From assembly GCA_965222375.1 (NCBI GenBank), contig CBDCTZ010000013.1:32001-96000 (forward strand): a DNA stretch of 64,000 nt, in the 5' to 3' direction. Both the position numbers and the translations under genes were made by a program. The notes under the pieces were generated by a model. The model saw only the letters and a program-made list of their open reading frames with translations. It searched no databases and was not told the origin of the DNA. Every line of letters starts with the position of its first letter. Within the stretch, counting starts at the first letter, position 1. The stretch comes from Polyangiaceae bacterium (GTDB taxonomy: Bacteria; Myxococcota_A; Polyangia; Polyangiales; Polyangiaceae). Positions 60,632 to 64,000 of this stretch are shown in pieces.

Positions 60632-62350
60632 ATGGAAACGCATGTTAGGCAAGTAAGCATGAAACACAGCCTGTCCGTTATTTCCAAGCGAATGCAGCAT
60701 CTCTCGGACGATGAAGTCCTGGCGAATCTGGGCAGCGTGATTGGCTCCCGGCGCAAGATCACTGCGGAGCTCGTGGCCTACCTCGGCGAGGTGGAAGCGC
60801 GGCGATTGGAACTGAGAGAGGCGTGTTCCTCCATGTACGAGTTTTGCTGTCGAAAGCTCAAGCTGAGCGAGGGCAGCGCGCATCGGAACCTCGCAGCGGC
60901 TCGGATTGCGCGCGGCTACCCGATGGTGCTGGACCTGCTTCGAGAGGGACGGATCCACGTCACGGCACTCAGCATGTTGCAGAGGTACCTTTCGGTTGAA
61001 AACCACGCCGAGTTGCTCGCGGCGGCCTGCGACAAGAGCAAAGCCGAGGTCGAGTTGCTGATCCGCTCGTGGTTCCCGAGGCCAGATGTGGCAGACGCGA
61101 TCCGCCTGCTTCCCGTCCAAGCGCACCTCGGAGGCGATGCCGCGGCTGCGAGCCAATCCGTTGCCGCGGTTGCGGGCCAATCAGTTGCGGCGGACTCGGG
61201 GCCGCCGCCGGTTGAGCCCAAGCCCCGCGTGTCACCGCTTTCCGCAGAACGTTTTCACATTCAGTTTTCCGCCGGGGCCGACCTCAAGGACAAGCTCGAG
61301 CGCGCCCTCGACTTGATGAGTCACTCGAATCCGAAACGAGACTTGGCGACGCTCATCGAGCGGGGGCTCGACCTGGTGCTAGAAGATCTGGAAAAGAAGA
61401 AGCTCGGCAGGACCGACAGACCGCGGCGCTCTCGAGGCACGAAGCACGGCGACTTCTCCCGCGAGGCACGGCGGGAAATCTACGAGCGAGATGGCGAGCA
61501 GTGCACGTATGTGTCGCCGAGCGGCGAGCGCTGCCGAGCGAGAGCCTTCGTGCAGCTCGACCACGAAAACCCGCGCGCCTGTGGTGGCGCTGGCACGACT
61601 CGCAACGGACGTCTGCTCTGCGGTCCGCACAACTTGTTCGAAGCCGAGAAGGTGTTCGGACGAGAATACATCGACAGTAGAATTCGCCTTCGCCAGCAGA
61701 GGTTGGACAGACAATCGCCGCAAACGCCCAATGAGAGCTGCATCGGAGACACAGGCTCACCGGAGACGGCCGAACGAGATTCCATCGACGGCGCAATTCG
61801 CTTTCGCCAGCAACAGTCAGGCAGCGAATCGCCGCACACGCCGGAAGAGACCCAAGTCGGAGGCGACGCTGACCCACCCGCATCAATCGACTCGCTCAGT
61901 TGCGAAGCGAGTAACGCCGACGAAACCGCATCAACCGACCCGCTGAGCTGCCGGCCAAGTGACGCCCGCGAACCCACGACACCAGACCCGCGGAGCTCCC
62001 GCACAAGCAGCGCCCACGAAACCGCATCAACCGACCCACCTAGCTGCCACGTGGACGTCGCTTGTGAACTCCTCGCCAGTGAGTCACTGCGCTCCCTCCA
62101 GCACGCGGCGGGCCGAGCTGCGGACCTGGAGGCGGAGGCCTTGCCGGCGGGCGAGGTGCGTGACCCAGCCTGCGTGGACTCAACAGACGTGGACTCCAAG
62201 CTTGTCAGCGCACTGACGAACATGGGCTTTCGGCGCCGAGAGTCGAAGAAGGCCGTAGTTGAGCTAGCGTGTCGACGTGACACCCGCGGCCAAGGCACCG
62301 AGCACCTGGCCGCCCTCCTGCGACAAGCACTCGCGATTCTGGTCCCGTAA
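60632..62350 (+). CDS. DUF222-like/HNH endonuclease protein with RuvA-C-like tail (start uncertain)
   Basis: RDGEQCTY..G.RC...QLDH..P...GG..T..N.RLLC..HN; tail LVSALTNMGF...LLRQAL. Confidence 0.75.
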   Translation: METHVRQVSMKHSLSVISKRMQHLSDDEVLANLGSVIGSRRKITAELVAYLGEVEARRLELREACSSMYEFCCRKLKLSEGSAHRNLAAARIARGYPMVLDLLREGRIHVTALSMLQRYLSVENHAELLAAACDKSKAEVELLIRSWFPRPDVADAIRLLPVQAHLGGDAAAASQSVAAVAGQSVAADSGPPPVEPKPRVSPLSAERFHIQFSAGADLKDKLERALDLMSHSNPKRDLATLIERGLDLVLEDLEKKKLGRTDRPRRSRGTKHGDFSREARREIYERDGEQCTYVSPSGERCRARAFVQLDHENPRACGGAGTTRNGRLLCGPHNLFEAEKVFGREYIDSRIRLRQQRLDRQSPQTPNESCIGDTGSPETAERDSIDGAIRFRQQQSGSESPHTPEETQVGGDADPPASIDSLSCEASNADETASTDPLSCRPSDAREPTTPDPRSSRTSSAHETASTDPPSCHVDVACELLASESLRSLQHAAGRAADLEAEALPAGEVRDPACVDSTDVDSKLVSALTNMGFRRRESKKAVVELACRRDTRGQGTEHLAALLRQALAILVP

Positions 62351-62473
62351 CGGGCCCCCGCAGTGTGAGCGCCACGCAACGGGCCCCCGCAGCGTGACCG
62401 CCGCGGGTCGAATCTCTGCCGCGAACGGCCGTTGCCACTGTGCCCACTGTAACCCGATTCAGACTTGATGAAA

Positions 62474-62632
62474 TCCCAGGGTGGGAGGGCAACTTGTTCG
62501 GCCCACTGTAGCTTCAGTTGCTCGATTTTTGTACGGAGACCCACCCCGGGTGGGACAGTTTGTCGGGCGATCGTAATGGCGAGTTGCGGGAAAAAGCGCC
62601 GGCGACGGGGGGTGTCTCGACTGGTGGGGGCT
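62474..62632 (+). repeat. ~160-bp direct repeat, copy 2
   Basis: Colinear with 60132-60290. Confidence 0.8.
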
Positions 62633-62684
62633 ACCGGCAGGCTGAGGAGATCTGCCTTCGGTCGGCGTGCCCTTCGCGCACCGC

Positions 62685-63974
62685 TCAGCTCTTGAGCTCG
62701 AGACGCACCACGAGTTCGACATGCATGGTCTGCGGCAGGGTGTCGTAAGCGCGCAGGGATTCGATCTGGTAGGCGGCGCCGAGCGTCTCCAGGTCCCGCG
62801 CCATGGATGCGGGGTTGCAGCTCATCACGTGCAGATGCTTTGCGCGGAGCCCGACCAGCCGGGCGCACACTTCCGCTCCCATTCCCGCACGGGGCGGGTT
62901 CGCCAGCACCGCGTCCGGCGGCTGAGAGGCATCCGCCGCCGCCAGGAACTCCGCCACGGTTTGCGCTGAAGTGCCCAGGGCCTCCGCGGCTTCCGGGAAT
63001 GCCTCCACCGCAGCCACCTGTCGGAACTTGTCACCTAGAAGCGCCGCCGTGATACCTGCACCCGCGTATAGGTCGAAGGCGCGATCGCCGCGGAGCCCAC
63101 GCACCATCTCCTGATAGCAGCGCTCGGCCATGGTCGGGTTGGGCTGCAGAAAGGCCAACGGCCCCTGAGGACGCGTTCGTCCGCCGAGCTCTACGTCGAT
63201 GTGCGGCTCTCCACGCACGCTCGCGGCGTCAGCGGCGCGGATCACGTTGCTTGAGGAGGGCTGCACGGCCCAGAACACTCCGAACACACCGTCGAGGCGC
63301 TGGGCGATCTGCTTCGCTGCTGAGTCGGAGGATCCACTGATCAGAGTCACCAGCACCTGACCCAAGTGATTCGTCTTCAACCAAACGTAACGGAGATCGC
63401 CACTGCCACTGCGTTCGTCGTAGGGCTCTACGCCAAGCGCGTTGCAGGCCGAGGTGATCTGACGCGCCGCTGCGGACAAGGCCGGGTGGTCGACGACGCA
63501 GCCGGACATGTCCGCCACTTCATGGCTGCCCCGGCGAAAGCTTCCCAGGGTGATCGCGCCGACAGCGCCGCCCACGACGCGCTTGCTCGACCAGCGGTAG
63601 CCGAGCTCGCGCTCGGGATCCGTAACGAACTTGTCGACCCGCCGCCTCAACTGCTGCTCGACGGCTTTCGTTTTGAGGGCAAGCTGCTGCGCTGGGTTGG
63701 CCGCCATCATCGGGCAGCCGTCGCAATCCAGAGCATGCACGCAGGGCGGCTGGCGGCGTCCCGGGCTGGTCGTGATTCGCTCGACCACGGATGCGAAAAC
63801 AACCGGAGCGCCCCGGGACACATGATCGATCACCACCCTCGCCCGCTCGCCCGGGAGCAGGGAGCGCACGCGCACCTCGACCCCAGCTTCTCGAACCACC
63901 GCGTCGCCGGCCGCGTTGAGCCCTTCAGCCTCCACCACGAGCTGTTGGCCGCACCGCAGCATCACGCGACGCAA
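62685..63974 (-). CDS. TrmA/RlmD-family RNA m5U methyltransferase
   Basis: TRAM-like start, C..CDGC, FLQPN, DLYAGAG, NPPRAG, MSCNP, PQTMHVE. Confidence 0.88.
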   Translation of the reverse strand: MRRVMLRCGQQLVVEAEGLNAAGDAVVREAGVEVRVRSLLPGERARVVIDHVSRGAPVVFASVVERITTSPGRRQPPCVHALDCDGCPMMAANPAQQLALKTKAVEQQLRRRVDKFVTDPERELGYRWSSKRVVGGAVGAITLGSFRRGSHEVADMSGCVVDHPALSAAARQITSACNALGVEPYDERSGSGDLRYVWLKTNHLGQVLVTLISGSSDSAAKQIAQRLDGVFGVFWAVQPSSSNVIRAADAASVRGEPHIDVELGGRTRPQGPLAFLQPNPTMAERCYQEMVRGLRGDRAFDLYAGAGITAALLGDKFRQVAAVEAFPEAAEALGTSAQTVAEFLAAADASQPPDAVLANPPRAGMGAEVCARLVGLRAKHLHVMSCNPASMARDLETLGAAYQIESLRAYDTLPQTMHVELVVRLELKS

Positions 63975-64000
63975 GCAAGCTTCAAGGCTTCGCTCCCATC

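Overview
High-GC bacterial window, probably Myxococcota (Polyangiales/Sorangiineae-like); this is inferred from gene content such as TIGR04551-like barrels and the HARE-HTH/Mrr protein. 1-16.9 kb is an accessory polymorphic-toxin island. It holds a 5'-truncated Rhs gene with a NucA/NucB-like nuclease tip and its immunity gene, then an XRE regulator / CHC2-TOPRIM primase-helicase / tyrosine-recombinase module with iteron-like repeats and dif-like palindromes. That module lies between two copies of the Rhs core repeat, and the second copy begins a start-less orphan Ntox8-like toxin plus DUF2750 cassette. A truncated integrase-core transposase and an IS21 follow. 17-58 kb is mostly housekeeping (rel, hemW, trmFO, topA, dprA, speB, murB, alaS) plus envelope genes, including a tandemly duplicated outer-membrane barrel gene. 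58.3-59.8 kb is an IS110/IS1111-type element whose 3' non-coding region matches its own reconstructed target and donor sites like a bridge RNA, with the donor-guide unit duplicated. 60.1-62.6 kb is an HNH gene flanked by ~160-bp direct repeats. All calls come from reading motifs by eye; no database searches were run.
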